Notes under the pieces: model-generated
Databases searched by the model: none
The model's input: only the letters and a program-made list of their open reading frames with translations
Told to the model about the DNA's origin: nothing
Program-made: the position numbers and the translations under genes
Part shown: positions 50,701 through 63,113 of the stretch, piece after piece
Numbering within the stretch: the stretch's first letter is position 1
Layout of the letters: the number at the start of each line of letters is the position of its first letter
From: Callorhinchus milii
Taxonomy: Eukaryota
Direction: 5' to 3'
DNA: 64,000 nt
Assembly (NCBI RefSeq): GCF_018977255.1
Contig: NW_024704764.1
Coordinates: forward strand, 10,044,001 to 10,108,000

Positions 50701-53424
50701 AGGATGAAGAGTTGCAGCTCTGCCCTACCCACGGCTAAATATGTCTGAGCAAATTATTTGTGGCTGTTATGTTAAATTCATGCGGCTAATCCGGAGCGAA
50801 GCAATTAAAATTCACTTTAATTATCAAAATCTAACTGTTCCCACCATGTCCCCAAAGGGAATTACAGCCCCACAATATTCCCTAATCATCGGCACAGCAT
50901 CTGTGGCTGGAATGCTAACATGGTGCTGGTGTGTCAGTTTAGTGTTCAATCCAGGCAACATCCTCGCAGGAGGCAAGACACGCGAGCAAGGTGTGCGTGG
51001 GAGAGTGTGTGAGAGTGAGTGTGTGAGTGAGAGTGAGTGTGTGTGAGAAAGTGAGTATGTGTGAGCGTGTGTATATATGTGTGTGTGTGAGAGAGAGAGA
51101 GAGAGAGCAGGCAGTCAGTGCCCACTACTCCCTCCCCACTCCCCCGCTCTACGCAGGGAGGGGAGTGAGGGGAGCTCAGGTGAGGACGAGGATGAGGGTA
51201 AGGGGGCGGGCGAGGGTAACCCCCCCACCCACTGCTCCATCGCACCCTGACACTCCCCGACATGTCTCATGTTTGAACAGTGTACCATCGGTTCAGGCTG
51301 AGGAAGCCAGTGGGAAAAACTTCTATCCAGTTGCACAGGAGGGAAGAGAAAGCCGCTCAAAGACATTTCGGGACTCAATAAAAACTGGGGCAGAATCTAA
51401 AAATGTCCGTGTGCGAGAGGGGAGAGAGAGAGAGAACATGATCTGATAAATATTTAAAAAGCGATGGTTCTTCCCCACCAGAGCAGCTGAGCGCTCATTA
51501 AATTACCGGCCGCCAGAGCCTGAGATGGAGAGCAGTTCGGATGCTGATGTGGTTGCCGCAACAACGGACCCTATGCTGAGGAGAGAGAGAGAGAGAGAGA
51601 GGGGGAGAGATGGAGGGAGGAAGGAACGGAGGGAGAGAGAGACGGAGGAGGGGGAGAGAGTGAGAGTGGGGTAGGCAGCTGCCCTCGAGCCTTATATCAA
51701 CCAGACACACACAGTGTTGGGGGATGCGATCGATCCTGTGGCTGTAGCCAGCTTTCCCCACTCGCCGCCTCCCACAGATTAATGAGCTCCTGTGACAGGT
51801 GCAGAGCCTCAGATAGTAGCGGAATCCCATCTCCTACCCCCCACCCCACCCCACACCCCCATCACACCCGTTGTCTTTTTTTTATTGTTGCTGCAGACAG
51901 TGAAACTGATCCAGGAAGGTCCTGGGCTGCTCAAACCCCTCTGCTTTGAAGCCCACCTCCTAACCCCCACCACCATCCCAACCCACCCCACCCGCACCCC
52001 ACACCACCCGCAAACACCCACACACGAGTCAGTTCTGCTAGGAGAACCACTTGAAAGAAAAATCAAGAGGAAATTGCTTTTCTTTTACAAAAAGAACAGA
52101 ATTTGCCGCAATCTAAATAATTCACTGCCTCGAAATGTTTAAATCAATTGGGGGGAAAAAAAACATCGGCTGGAAATCTCATTACTGAGGAGTTCCCAGT
52201 GATCTACTGGTTCCTGAGGAGGTAGGTAGACAGACAGACAGACAGCTCTGGGTTTGTGCTCACAATACAACTCAGTACTGTTTGAATTTGTATCCCACCC
52301 CTCGCCTAACACTGCTCCCACCACCCATCACACCCCCAAAGCTCTACAGACCCCCCCCACCTATCCACACCTTGACCTCCTCCCCGGGGAGAGGCGGAGG
52401 AAGGGAAGGCAAGTGAGATGGAAAGAGAAATGAGAGGGAAAAAAAGGGAATTAAATTAGACCGTGAAAGAGTGAGAGAAAGAGACTGAGACAAACAGAGA
52501 GCGGAACAAGAGAGATAGAGATGCAGAGAGAAACACACACACATGCGCATCCCTCCCCCTCAGCCACACACACACACACACACACACATGGAAGTATGAA
52601 CACAGACACTCATGCACTGGGGAGAAGAGGGGTAGCGGGGGAGAGAGAGAGCACGAAAGAGAGGTAGAGAGAGGGAGAGAGAGAGCTTCCCTTCTGGTCA
52701 AAAAAATTAAAGTTCACAAAAAGAAAAGCCATATAAGAGACAGTATCAGGATGTAAATAGGCTTCACTGATGTGGAGAAGCTGAAAGTGGGTCAGTGGCA
52801 ATGTGGAAACATCGGGGCCACTGACAGGAACACTCTCACACTCACAGCCACAAACACAGCAAAGTGCTTCACAGGCAGTCGCTGGAGAGTGTAGTGACTG
52901 TATTTTGTAGACAATCGCAACAGCCAATTGGCTGACAAAAAGGTGCCACAATCAACCGTGAGATGAGCAAGAAGTGAGCAGTTAATGTGCAGGACACTGG
53001 GACCAACAGTAACTGTGTTAATATAGAAGTAATTTTGTTGTTGTTGTTGGACAGTGACCCTGAGCGAGGCTGAACCCGTGACTACGGAGGCAGCTGTGAG
53101 GCTGGCTCAGTGGGAACAGGGTTTAATGCGAATATCACAATGAATCTTGAAGACTGTGCGTTTGAGATATTTAGCCCAAACGCAGGCCTTATTATTAACC
53201 TTCTCACATCATGACTTCGTTAAGAGGCTTGGCTGAATTATTGTACAAAGTGCACAGAGCTGTTTAATCAGCTTAGCCTGGCCTGGGGATCAGCCTGGAT
53301 GTTCTCCCCTCCTCACGAGGTGACCTCCCACACAGACACACCTTTCCTCTTCCCGTCTCTGATCGGCTCAGGATAATCCAGCAATTAACTGCTCAGTCAG
53401 TCACTGTCACCCCACTGACACATG

Positions 53425-54056
53425 TGATCGCACCTCACTATCACAGATCCTCACACTCGTCTTCAAATCCCTTCACACCCTGGCACCTCCCTACCCCTCC
53501 AACCTGCTTACTCCCCAACCCACTACCTCCGCTCGACTGGCTCCGGCCTCCAGCATGTCCCTCCCGCCCTCCGCTCCACCATCGGCGCCCGCACTTTCAG
53601 CCACTACCCCTCAAAACTCTGGAACTCTCTCCCTCAATCCCTCCATCTTGCTCCTTCCTTCCCCATCTTCAGATCGCTCCTGAAGATCTTCCTCTTCGAC
53701 CATGCTTACAGTTACCTCGTACCCCCAACCCCGCCTAGCTGCTGTGCTCCAACACTGTCAAGCGCAGTGAGATCCTACCCTACTTACTCCACACAGAGCC
53801 TAATAATAATCCCTCCGAAACCCAAAACAATAATAAATTGGTCATTTTTAATCTACGACTGTTTGTGGGACATTGCTGTGCGCAATTGGCTGCCGCGTTC
53901 GCCCACAAATATACAGTCAATTCACTTTACAGTGTGTTCTGTGAAGCGCTTTGGGACGTCCTCCCGACGTGAAAAGCGCTATATCAAATGCAAGGATTAA
54001 TATTATTATTATATTACTTGAGGGGTGCTGTGCAAATACAAGTTGTCGTTGTTGTG
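53425..54056 (+). mobile_element. L2 3' fragment with a young 5'-truncated SINE (53786-54014) inserted in its tail
   Basis: L2 motifs (ctctggaactctctccc; gaagatcttcctcttcgacc); the SINE is almost identical to 15150-15373; tactt at 53781-53785 and 54015-54019; the L2 (gtt)n tail resumes afterwards. Confidence 0.85.
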
Positions 54057-55782
54057 GGAACCTCGTTGGGCACAGTTGAAGAACAGGGATTATTATTTAG
54101 GCTTTGAGACGGTTGGCAAAGTGTTTGTTATCCATCCCCTTCCCCCCTCCCTGGCAGAGAATCTAACACATAGACCTTTAACACACAGACACAGAGCAGC
54201 AAAGCCAAGGCTACAGTCCTGTGGGTTCAGGAATACACAGGGAGAGAATATGAACTCGTCTCCCTGGCAATGTTTACAAGCTGAGGGTTCAGGCACACAG
54301 GAATCTGTTGTGTTAACACGGTCTCTCACAGCACCTCGGGCTAGGCTCAGCTATTTGCAGTATAGAGCAGAGCGTGTGCTGAAAGAGCAGGAGTGAGGAA
54401 GGAGAGAGAGAGAGAGAGACGATGTGAAGTAAGCAGCCTTTTTTGTGTGTGTGTTGGGGGGTTGGGGAAGGAGGAAGGAGGCCAATGTTTCATTTATAAC
54501 CCACTGATGTAAGTGGCAATGAAATCACTGGCTAATTAATCAGGAACCAGGCGTTAGCAGCACCACACGGCAACACAGCTTCAGTGAGAGACAGCAGCCA
54601 GGCCACAAACCAAGGCCATTGTCAGCACAGCGGACAACACACAACCATCTTGTCCTCACTTGTGTGGTAATTAAACTGGAAATTATTCTCCTCCTCCTCT
54701 CGCTTCTCCCATCTCTCTCTCTTTCCCATCGCTCTCCCCCACCTCTCTCTCTCTCCCCCCTCTCCCTCCCTCCCTCTCACTTTCTCTCTCTCCGCCTCCC
54801 CCTCCTCTCCCTTTCTCTCTCTTCCGCCACCCCGCCTCTCTCTCATCTCTCTCTTTCTCAAAGCACTTTGAGACGTCTCAATGACGTGATAAGGCACTAT
54901 ATCAAATGCAATGATTATTAATATAGAAGCATCTCCCCACCCCATCCCCCACCGGCCTGGAGGCCGCTGACGAAGGCTAATCAGTAAAGACCCATCAAAA
55001 GGCCAGATGTGTCCTCCACCGTTATCAGTGTCATGGGAACAACGGGCACAGAAACAGGAGAGGTCTGAACAAGCAGCTCTTTGTGAGGGCGAAGATCTCT
55101 CTCTGTGCCGCTCACTCACACTCGCTCTCACACTCACAGGGAGACTTTACTGTCTCATCTGCTCTCCCCGATCTTCAGCAAAACAACAGCCTCGCTCACT
55201 CACTCTCTCTTGCGCTCACACTTTCTCTTTCTTTCTCTGTCTCACTCACTCGCTCTTTCTGATAAAACTAATATGATCGTTACCCAAAAAAACAACTCAA
55301 AGGAGAAGTTGGCAAACGGAAGGTTATCAGGTCACAGGTGGTGGGGCAGAACCCAGACTATTTAAACTCCAGTAAAACTTCAGGAAGACCACAAGTCGTA
55401 TCTCTATAAATGGTTCAATCATCTAAGTCACTACATGCACTTGAGTCCCGTTCAGTTTCCTATCAAAAACACTTATTTCTTTGCACCAGCCATATTTTAT
55501 TCGACTTTTGATACAACTTAGGCTAGTTTGCCTCTAACTCGAACTTGCCGTTATTCTTCGACCATCTCCCGCCTACCCCTGGCCTCCCCCTCCACTCCAC
55601 ACCCGTCTTGATCCCAACCACCATCTCGGGTGAGGATCCCTGACTGTCCAGCACCTTGGGACATCCTCCCCTGAGGTGAAAGGCCGGCGCTGTGTAAATG
55701 TCACGTATTGTTGTTACGGTCCTGATGACACACTTGAGTGTTACTGTATCTGTGCGGACACGTGGGGACGAGACGGACTAAC

Positions 55783-55937
55783 CTGCGGAAGTGATTGGCC
55801 ACGACACCCACCAACTCCCCGATGCGGTTCTCGTTAACCGGCTGCATCTTGTGGAGACAAACCACCAGGTCCTTGTTGTCATTGGTGTGAAACACCACCA
55901 GCTGGTCACTGCCGGGCGACACACTGACCCCAGTGAC
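55783..55937 (-). CDS. MYO1D: MYO1D penultimate exon (155 nt)
   Basis: [51 protein letters not shown]; cgcag|gttagt. Confidence 0.94.
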
Positions 55938-58109
55938 CTGCAGGGAGAGAGAGGGGGAACGTTACTGTGATCTCAACACCGCACCTCAATGTACCAGGTA
56001 GCAGAGCGAGCTCTCTCCAGTGGCCTCCTGCCTGTGCCAGCCTGGCTCAGACCCTAGCACTCTGGCCTCTAAGGCAGAGGTCTTAAACCCACTCTGGCTT
56101 TATGGGTTCAAACCCCCAAATGGACTTTGCGCTCATATAGTCTAGGCTGATGCTCCAATGAGGTGCCGGGGAGAGGAGGGGGAAGAGGATGCTGCATTTG
56201 TGGGAGGTGTGGTTCTTCAAGCTTCCTGAGACGCTATGTTGTTGTTGAGACATCAAGCCAAGGTGTGACTGTGTCTGGGTGGCTGGAGGTCAGACTTCAC
56301 CTGCACCTGTGTTTGGGGTGGGGTGGGCTGTGTGTTTGTGTGGGGGTGCTGTGTGCATGGGGCTATGTGTGTGTGCGGGTCTCTGTGTGTGTTGGGGGGA
56401 GTGGGTGGGGGGGGGGGTGTTGAGAGGGGGATTATTTTCACTACAATTCTCATGGTGAGGTCTCTGGGTGAAGACAGCAGCCAATCTGCTCACAGTGACA
56501 TCCTTCAGAACAGCCACGAGGCGAACGATCTCCCCTTCCTCCCCCCTCCCTTTTAACGATCCAGGAACAAAGATTATTCCATCTACAATCCCCTCCCCTC
56601 CCCTCGTTTTAAACCTTAACGTGCAACCTTCTTGACATTTCCTCTCTAAAAGCTGTCCCTCGCTGGCAGGGGAAATCAATACAAATGTCAGTAACCCCTC
56701 TCTCTCTCTCTCCCTCACTGCCTCTCTCTCCCCCACCGATCCCACCCTTTCCTCTCTCCCCCTCCGCCACCTCCTCCACTCCTCGGTTTCTCATAATAAT
56801 CCTTGCATTTGATATAGTGCCTCATCATGCCTTTGAGACGTCTCAAAGCGCTTCACGGTATACACTGTAAAGTGTAGTGACTGTGTATTTTATTCAGTCT
56901 CTCTCGCTCTCTCTCGGCTGACCAAACAGTCTTACTTTTCGGCTCTAAAAAAATCTCATGTTTTTGAGACTTATTAGACGTTGTAATGGTAGCACAACTT
57001 TTTGGCCACCCTGTACACACATATATATTATATATAGAGAGAGAGAGAGAGAGAAGGAGAAAGAAATAGCGAGAGTCAAACTAAACTAGGACAATGGGGC
57101 TGAGGCACGAGTGCAGACACCTCAGTACAATGTGCCACTCTGACGGTACATGTCTGTGTAGTTTAACTGAGAGTCACCATCATTAGTATTCAGATGCTCA
57201 TCTCCAGCATCAACCACTTACTGATGCTGTGCAGGGCTACAGAGCCCTGGAGAGCAAAGGCGTTAACCCCTTAAACACTCTCGACGTCCCCCCCCCACCT
57301 CCCACCACCCCTTACACGCTCACTCACACTCAAACCCAACACTGCTCCCCCACCCCAGCCATTCCTGAGTCCCACCGACTCACTCACTCGCTCGGTCTCT
57401 CTCTCCCCCATCTTAAGATCTCACAGATCACAAGAGTGGTTTGGATAAGAAGAACCTTTGGCCCATTCCCCCAGAAACCCCCCTCCCCCACCCACCATCA
57501 CAGCCGCTTGATAATGAGTCCAGTGTCCTGACCTCAAACCCCGCCCGCCCCCAGCAACCTGTTCTAATGGTCAGATACCCTCCCCTCCCAACCCCCAGCC
57601 CCAGCTCAGCTGCCCCCCCCCCCCCTCCACCACCCCGGTTTGAAAGTCACTGTATATAAATGTAAACTCTCAATTGTAAATGTAAATCCCTATTTTGGCA
57701 GCTCTCGGAGAACAGGCACGGAGAATCCAGTGATGTTTTTTTGAAGAAAAATTTGGGATATAAGTAGACAACGGTGTTTCTAATCCCTATCATTTGGGGG
57801 TTAAGCTCTTCCCCCCCCACATACACACATATACCTTCCCCTCCCAGACACACACACACACACACCCCACACACACACACATCCTCCGTGCACACACACA
57901 AAACATCCACCAGTCACAATCTCACTGAATTTTTATTTGATGATCTACAAAAAAATAAATAACTGATTCATTGATTTCCCAGCGCGAGTATTGGCAAAAT
58001 CCTTCACGTAACAGGGACCTCGACGTGCTGAGAGAGGGGGGGGTGGGGAACGGATGCTCTCTGTATCAGCCCAGCCCGGTCCAGCACAAGAACATCAACT
58101 CCAAGAGGG

Positions 58110-58260
58110 GTCGCCATAGAAACTGGGTTACCATGGAAACGCTGATGCTGAGCCATTCCGACAGGAAAGATGAATTCACTTTGGGATCATCCGGGCACGG
58201 AGCACCAGATTCCCAGCTCCCGGTAAAAACCACCCCCCCACCCTCAGAAACCATAGCAAC
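58110..58260. promoter_or_regulatory. RFX X-box cluster
   Basis: GTCGCCATAGAAAC 58110-58123, GTTACCATGGAAAC 58127-58140, CCATAGCAAC 58251-58260. Confidence 0.55.
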
Positions 58261-58992
58261 CCTTTCCCCTCAGCTCCATCACACACTGTACCTCACCAGG
58301 TATCAGATCTGCCAGGGAACAGTTTTGGTTGGGGTGGGAAGAGGGGGGGGGGGTGGTGTGGGTGGGTGGGAAGGGGGGGGGGGAAACGTGGAGGGAGAGG
58401 TTGGGGGGTGCGAAAAGAGGTATGAGTGGAGAGGGAAGGCAATACTAATTATCATCATTAGCAAATGCACTTAAATCTTCAATGTCTTTGTTCCCGAGTG
58501 AGATGGCAATATTGTTCTGCAAACGTTTACAATGATGTTTTGGGGGTTAACACGATGCTGGGTTTATAATGTGGTTTGTCCATCACCGGGGAAAAGAAGG
58601 GAAATACTCATGTCCGTCGTATTGTGCGGGGGAGGGAGGTGGGGGGGGGGGTTCCTCCAGTTCAGGGGGTGGGCTTGTAATACTCAAAGTCAGGGTGTTA
58701 TACAGCAACACCCCTGAGGGTATCACAACGTCCCCTACTCCAACCCCCAACCATACAGTGACTCCTGCCTTTCCAACCAAACTAAACCGTCTGATACGAC
58801 GACCTACTGCGGCAGGTGCGAGAGGTTCAGTGGACAATGCCAGCCCGTGCCCCCCCCACCCACCACCACCACCCGGTCTCAACTGGTGTCACTAGTGTAA
58901 GCACTGCCGCAGCCTGGCACCACCCACCACCACCCCACCCCCAGCCCGTGCACCTCCTCCCTCACCCCACCCACCCACCCACCGTGACCTAC

Positions 58993-59106
58993 GTTGTACA
59001 AGGCGATGGTCCTCATGACCCGATATCGCTTCAGTGGGTCCATCTTATACAGGTGCCGGTCGGTGATCAGGATGGCACGGTCCTCTGGTTTGTTGAAGCG
59101 GTTGAT
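58993..59106 (-). CDS. MYO1D: MYO1D exon (114 nt)
   Basis: [38 protein letters not shown] (TH1 PH-like); aac|gtaggt. Confidence 0.94.
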
Positions 59107-59678
59107 CTGCGGAGAGAGAGAGAGAGATGGGGGAAGGATGAGCAGAGAGAGAGACAGAGACAGAATAGGAACCATGAGGTTAGCCATCTGTCAGACAGCA
59201 CGAGTCCGGCCTGTGACCACGAGAGTCTGGCAGAGAGCGAGTCTGCCCAGAGATGCCATGTGCACTGTACGTCGTTGCTCCCATTACAATCTCAGCCACT
59301 GAAAACAACTACCCCCTTTTCCTTGCCCCTTCCCGTTCCTCAGCACCTCCCGCCCACCCACTCCATCTCACCCCCCCACTCCATCTCACCCCCCACCCCT
59401 CTCCCCCTACACCTCGCTCCCCCCTCTCTCCCTCGTGAGATAAATCAGGAATATACAACACGAGTTATCCGTTGCAGGCTGCTGGTTGGGTCAGACACCA
59501 GAACCACAGTATCCTGTCCCACGCCTGTTTAAGTGGATGATAAAAGAGCCTGTGACGCCAGCGACAATGTTGGTAAAGAGAAGGAAGTTTCTCCGGTCAA
59601 CAATCTGCCGGATATATTCACCCTTCTCCTCGCTGCCCCCCAGCTGGGCTGGGTGGGGGAAGGAGCCTCAGGGCTTAC

Positions 59679-59783
59679 CTTACGCACGTGGCTGGAGAAG
59701 AGGGTGGCCATGTACTTGTCTTTGCGCTGGAGCTCCCGGGCGATGGTGGCAAAGGCTGACGTAGAAGTGGGGTTATCCCGGGT
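59679..59783 (-). CDS. MYO1D: MYO1D exon (105 nt)
   Basis: TRDNPTSTSAFATIARELQRKDKYMATLFSSHVRK; aag|gtaagc. Confidence 0.94.
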
Positions 59784-59809
59784 CTGAAACAGCAAAGAGA
59801 ACAAGTCAG

Positions 59810-59905
59810 ATCTCTCCCCCGGGGTCTCTCTCCTTCCCTCTTACCCCCGGGGTCTCTCTCCTTCCCTCTCCCCAGTCCCGGGGTCTCTCCCATCCGGGGT
59901 CTCTG
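59810..59905 (+). repeat. Short degenerate tandem repeat (ccggggtctctc...)x4
   Basis: Seen directly. Confidence 0.75.
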
Positions 59906-60936
59906 TAGAACACTATAACGTGGAGTGAACGTGTATTTTTTGGCACAACGCGGCAGCCAGTTGCGCACAGCAGCGTCCAACAAACAGCCGTGGAGGGAGT
60001 AACCAATTTTATTTGAGTTGGAGGAGGGTTGGGATTTTGGACGGAACAGCAACTAATCGCTGAGGTGCCCACTGAGCGAGGATCAACAACAACAACAATA
60101 TGCATTTATATAGTGCTACTCCACTCGAAGAGTGTGAACCTTCTAGCTTCTTGTGATGAACTCACTGTGAAAGTGTGAGGGAATTGTGAGTTTGAGTGGG
60201 AGTGTGAGTGAGTGGTCAATTCGGGGAACGTGCTTTCAATCTCAAGTCATTTTCCCTCCCGTCAACCACGAGAGCTTCACTTTCGGTTCACACAGACGAC
60301 ACATTTCCGGGGTAGACAGAAACATGCGGTGAACAAATTGACACACAATTTCCTCTCAACTGTGAGACAAATAGCAGCAACGAGAGCGCGAGTGAGCGAC
60401 AAGAGATAGTCAGAATCTGTGCTGTCATTTCCTCTGATCGTTGCTTCACATCTGAACCTCACACACGATTTACTCTCGTCAGAAGCCACAACCTTTTGCA
60501 ATCCAGCAGTTTATGGTAATCACTGACTCAGTTGCAAGGCCTCGCTGCTCAGGGTCAGACACCGGGCCTTCAACCAGTCAGTCTACAGAGCGTCCACAAA
60601 GCCCTGTTACCCCACGTCTAGGCTGATGGTCTAGCTCATTGTTGGCGAGCACCGCATTGTCGGAGGTGGCGGCGGCTTTGTGTCGGGACGGTGAACCCAC
60701 AGAGTAGGGGTTGCCGGGCGCTGGAGAGGGCGCGAGTGTGTCCCTGTGTTGTCGTTCCGATGAGACGGCTGTTCGGGTGGTCGTTAAGAATTGCCAAGTC
60801 GCTGCTCGGAAAGCAAAGGGTGTCCTGACTGACCAGCAGTGAGACACCCCCTCCCGCCCACTGCCCCCATCCCACCACCCCCGGGCTGGCAGTGCGACAC
60901 AGCGCAAGAACGGCCTGGCTGAGGACTATCACTCAC

Positions 60937-61081
60937 CGTGGCCAGGTAGTTGCCCCTCCAGCCCCTGCGGAGGCCAAGTTCCCCTCGCTGCCCCTGCAGG
61001 TTCTCAAACGCCGAGACCTTCGCCCTGACCTGGGGCAGGTCAGCAGGAGCGATGCCCTTAATCATCTGATACGCTCGCCAC
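60937..61081 (-). CDS. MYO1D: MYO1D exon (145 nt)
   Basis: WRAYQMIKGIAPADLPQVRAKVSAFENLQGQRGELGLRRGWRGNYLAT; acg|gtgagt. Confidence 0.94.
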
Positions 61082-61149
61082 CTGCACAACAACAACAACA
61101 ACTTACACGGCGTCTGTCGCACACTCAGCTCCAATTGGGTTAATTATCA

Positions 61150-61290
61150 AGGCTGAGGTGGAGATGTTTGTGAGGTCAGGGTTCAGGGCAACAAGGGATA
61201 CGGGGCAAAGGCAGATAATTGGAATTTGAGGTACAGATAAGCCACGATCTTATAGAATGGCGGAATGGGCTCGAGGAGCTGAATGGCAAA
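61150..61290 (+). mobile_element. CR1 LINE 3' end
   Basis: aagggatacggggcaaaggcag..agataagccacgatcttatagaatggcggaatgggctcgaggagctgaatggc, a CR1-type 3' UTR as recalled from shark CR1s. Confidence 0.7.
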
Positions 61291-61840
61291 TCACACCCTC
61301 CACTGCACCCCCCCCCCCGCGCCGCAAAAAAACATCCACGTATCCTGCCAGCTGGGTGACAATATGAGGAACGTGAGTGAATGTTATTGCCTCTGCAGAG
61401 AGAGCGAGAGCCGCTATTCCCGAGGAATCCGCCGGCAAAAACAGCCCGAGGCTGAGTGATCTGTGGAGCTGAGGAAGCCTGGCCCTGCCTCATCGTCTCA
61501 CTGATGTTGCCAGGCCTGCTCCCCGAGTGGCCGATCACATTGACTGCCTGACTGTCGGGATACCTGTTCCCAGCTCCGTGGTCATTAATCGGGAGAGAGA
61601 TCAGGAGTGCAGCTTCTTGTGGGATGCGATCGCCGCGAGCAGCCACACTCCCGGCCCCGGCACAACCCACCGGCAAAATCCTCGGTCGTAACAGTGCTGT
61701 GCTCTGCGGAAAATGTTAGTGACCCCAACACAGCAGACACACACACAGACACACACACACACAGACACATACAGCAGACACACATACACAGACACAGTAT
61801 CTGGTTGCAGGATTAGTCACAGTGTGCGTTAAGACGTTAC

Positions 61841-62064
61841 CTGAGGAACACAGACTGTAACATGTCCTGGAAGCGCTGTAGGACTCTGGGGGGAGTCGGC
61901 CACTTCACGTGTTTCCCAAAGTCCTTCATGGTCCGGACGTGCTGCAAGCGCCGGGTCACCTCGCGGATGTAGGACTTGACCTTGTACCTGCGGTAACACC
62001 GGGCAATGGTGGTCACCGCTCTCGTCCGCTTGTATCTGAGCCGAGCCACGGTTCCTCTCCATAC
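61841..62064 (-). CDS. MYO1D: MYO1D IQ-motif exon (224 nt); upstream exons lie beyond the window
   Basis: [75 protein letters not shown]; ctcag|gtaacg. Confidence 0.94.
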
Positions 62065-62094
62065 CTGGGCCCAGAGAGAGGGACACGGTTAGTT

Positions 62095-62350
62095 ACAGTA
62101 ATAATAATTATAACTTTAATAATAGTAATAATTATAACAGTAATAATAATAAACCTGGCATTTGACACAGCGCATTATCACGTCTCAAAGCGCTTCACAG
62201 GATACACTGCAAAGTGTAACGACTGTGTGTTTGGTGGGCGAAAAGCCAATTGCGCCCAGCGACGTCCCCACAAACGGTCGTGGATTGAGTGACCAATATT
62301 TTTTTGATTTTGTTGAAGGAATTATTACCCCTGGAAAGTGATCCACCAAC
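62095..62350 (-). mobile_element. SINE with an expanded (att)n-like tail
   Basis: Family body aaaagccaattgcgcccagcgacgtccccacaaacggtcgtggattgagtgacc. Confidence 0.8.
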
Positions 62351-62970
62351 CGGTGTGTGCGCGTGTGTGCAGCGGGTGCTGGGTGGGGGGGGGTGGGGAG
62401 TGCGTGTGCGTGCACGCGCGGTGAGGGGGTAGTGTGTGAGTGAGTGAGTGTGTGCACGGAGGATGAGTGGGTGACTATTATGTATAATATAAGCTGATTA
62501 GGAGGCAGTGAGTGAGGCTGGATCACAGTGAGCACACGGACGTCAGTGTTGAGTGTGAATGCGAGGAGGCAGAGGATGTGGTTAGCGCTGGAGCTCAGTG
62601 TAGCCACTAGTTAGGACCTTAGTTTAACATTAGCTTCGTGGCTTATTTTTAATAAACTGCAGCACAAAACCACAGGCTTTGCTCTGCTCTCTGCGCTTCC
62701 TGCAGATACAGTCGCACAATCACACAGACGGATGGTGAGAAACTCTTGAGGTTTGGGCTCCAACCAGATCTTTGTTCCCCCGTCCCCCACACACACCTCT
62801 CTCTGCTGCATTAATAACTAGGGCACACTGACAACGTGGTCACTGTTCACACCAATAAAAGGTTTTGGTTACAGGCAATCAGGTGGGTTTTACAATGAGG
62901 AACATATGTGTTCACAATTGGCTTTGAAGCTACAACCATGTCCTTACGATGGGAACGCGATAAGTCATTG

Positions 62971-63113
62971 GAATGGGTTTAGAGTAGAAAGCTCCAATGG
63001 GGGAGCGAGCCCCAGCACAGACATGATGGGGAGAGAGAGAGAGAGAGAGCAGAGAATGGGATTAGAGTAGAGAGCTCCAGTGGGGGAGCGAGCTCCAGCG
63101 CAGACACGATGGG
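62971..63113 (+). repeat. Direct duplication of a ~60-bp CR1-tail-like unit separated by (GA)n
   Basis: gaatgggtttagagtagaaagctccaatgggggagcgagccccagcacagacatgatggg versus gaatgggattagagtagagagctccagtgggggagcgagctccagcgcagacacgatggg; a related copy lies at ~50140-50228. Confidence 0.75.
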
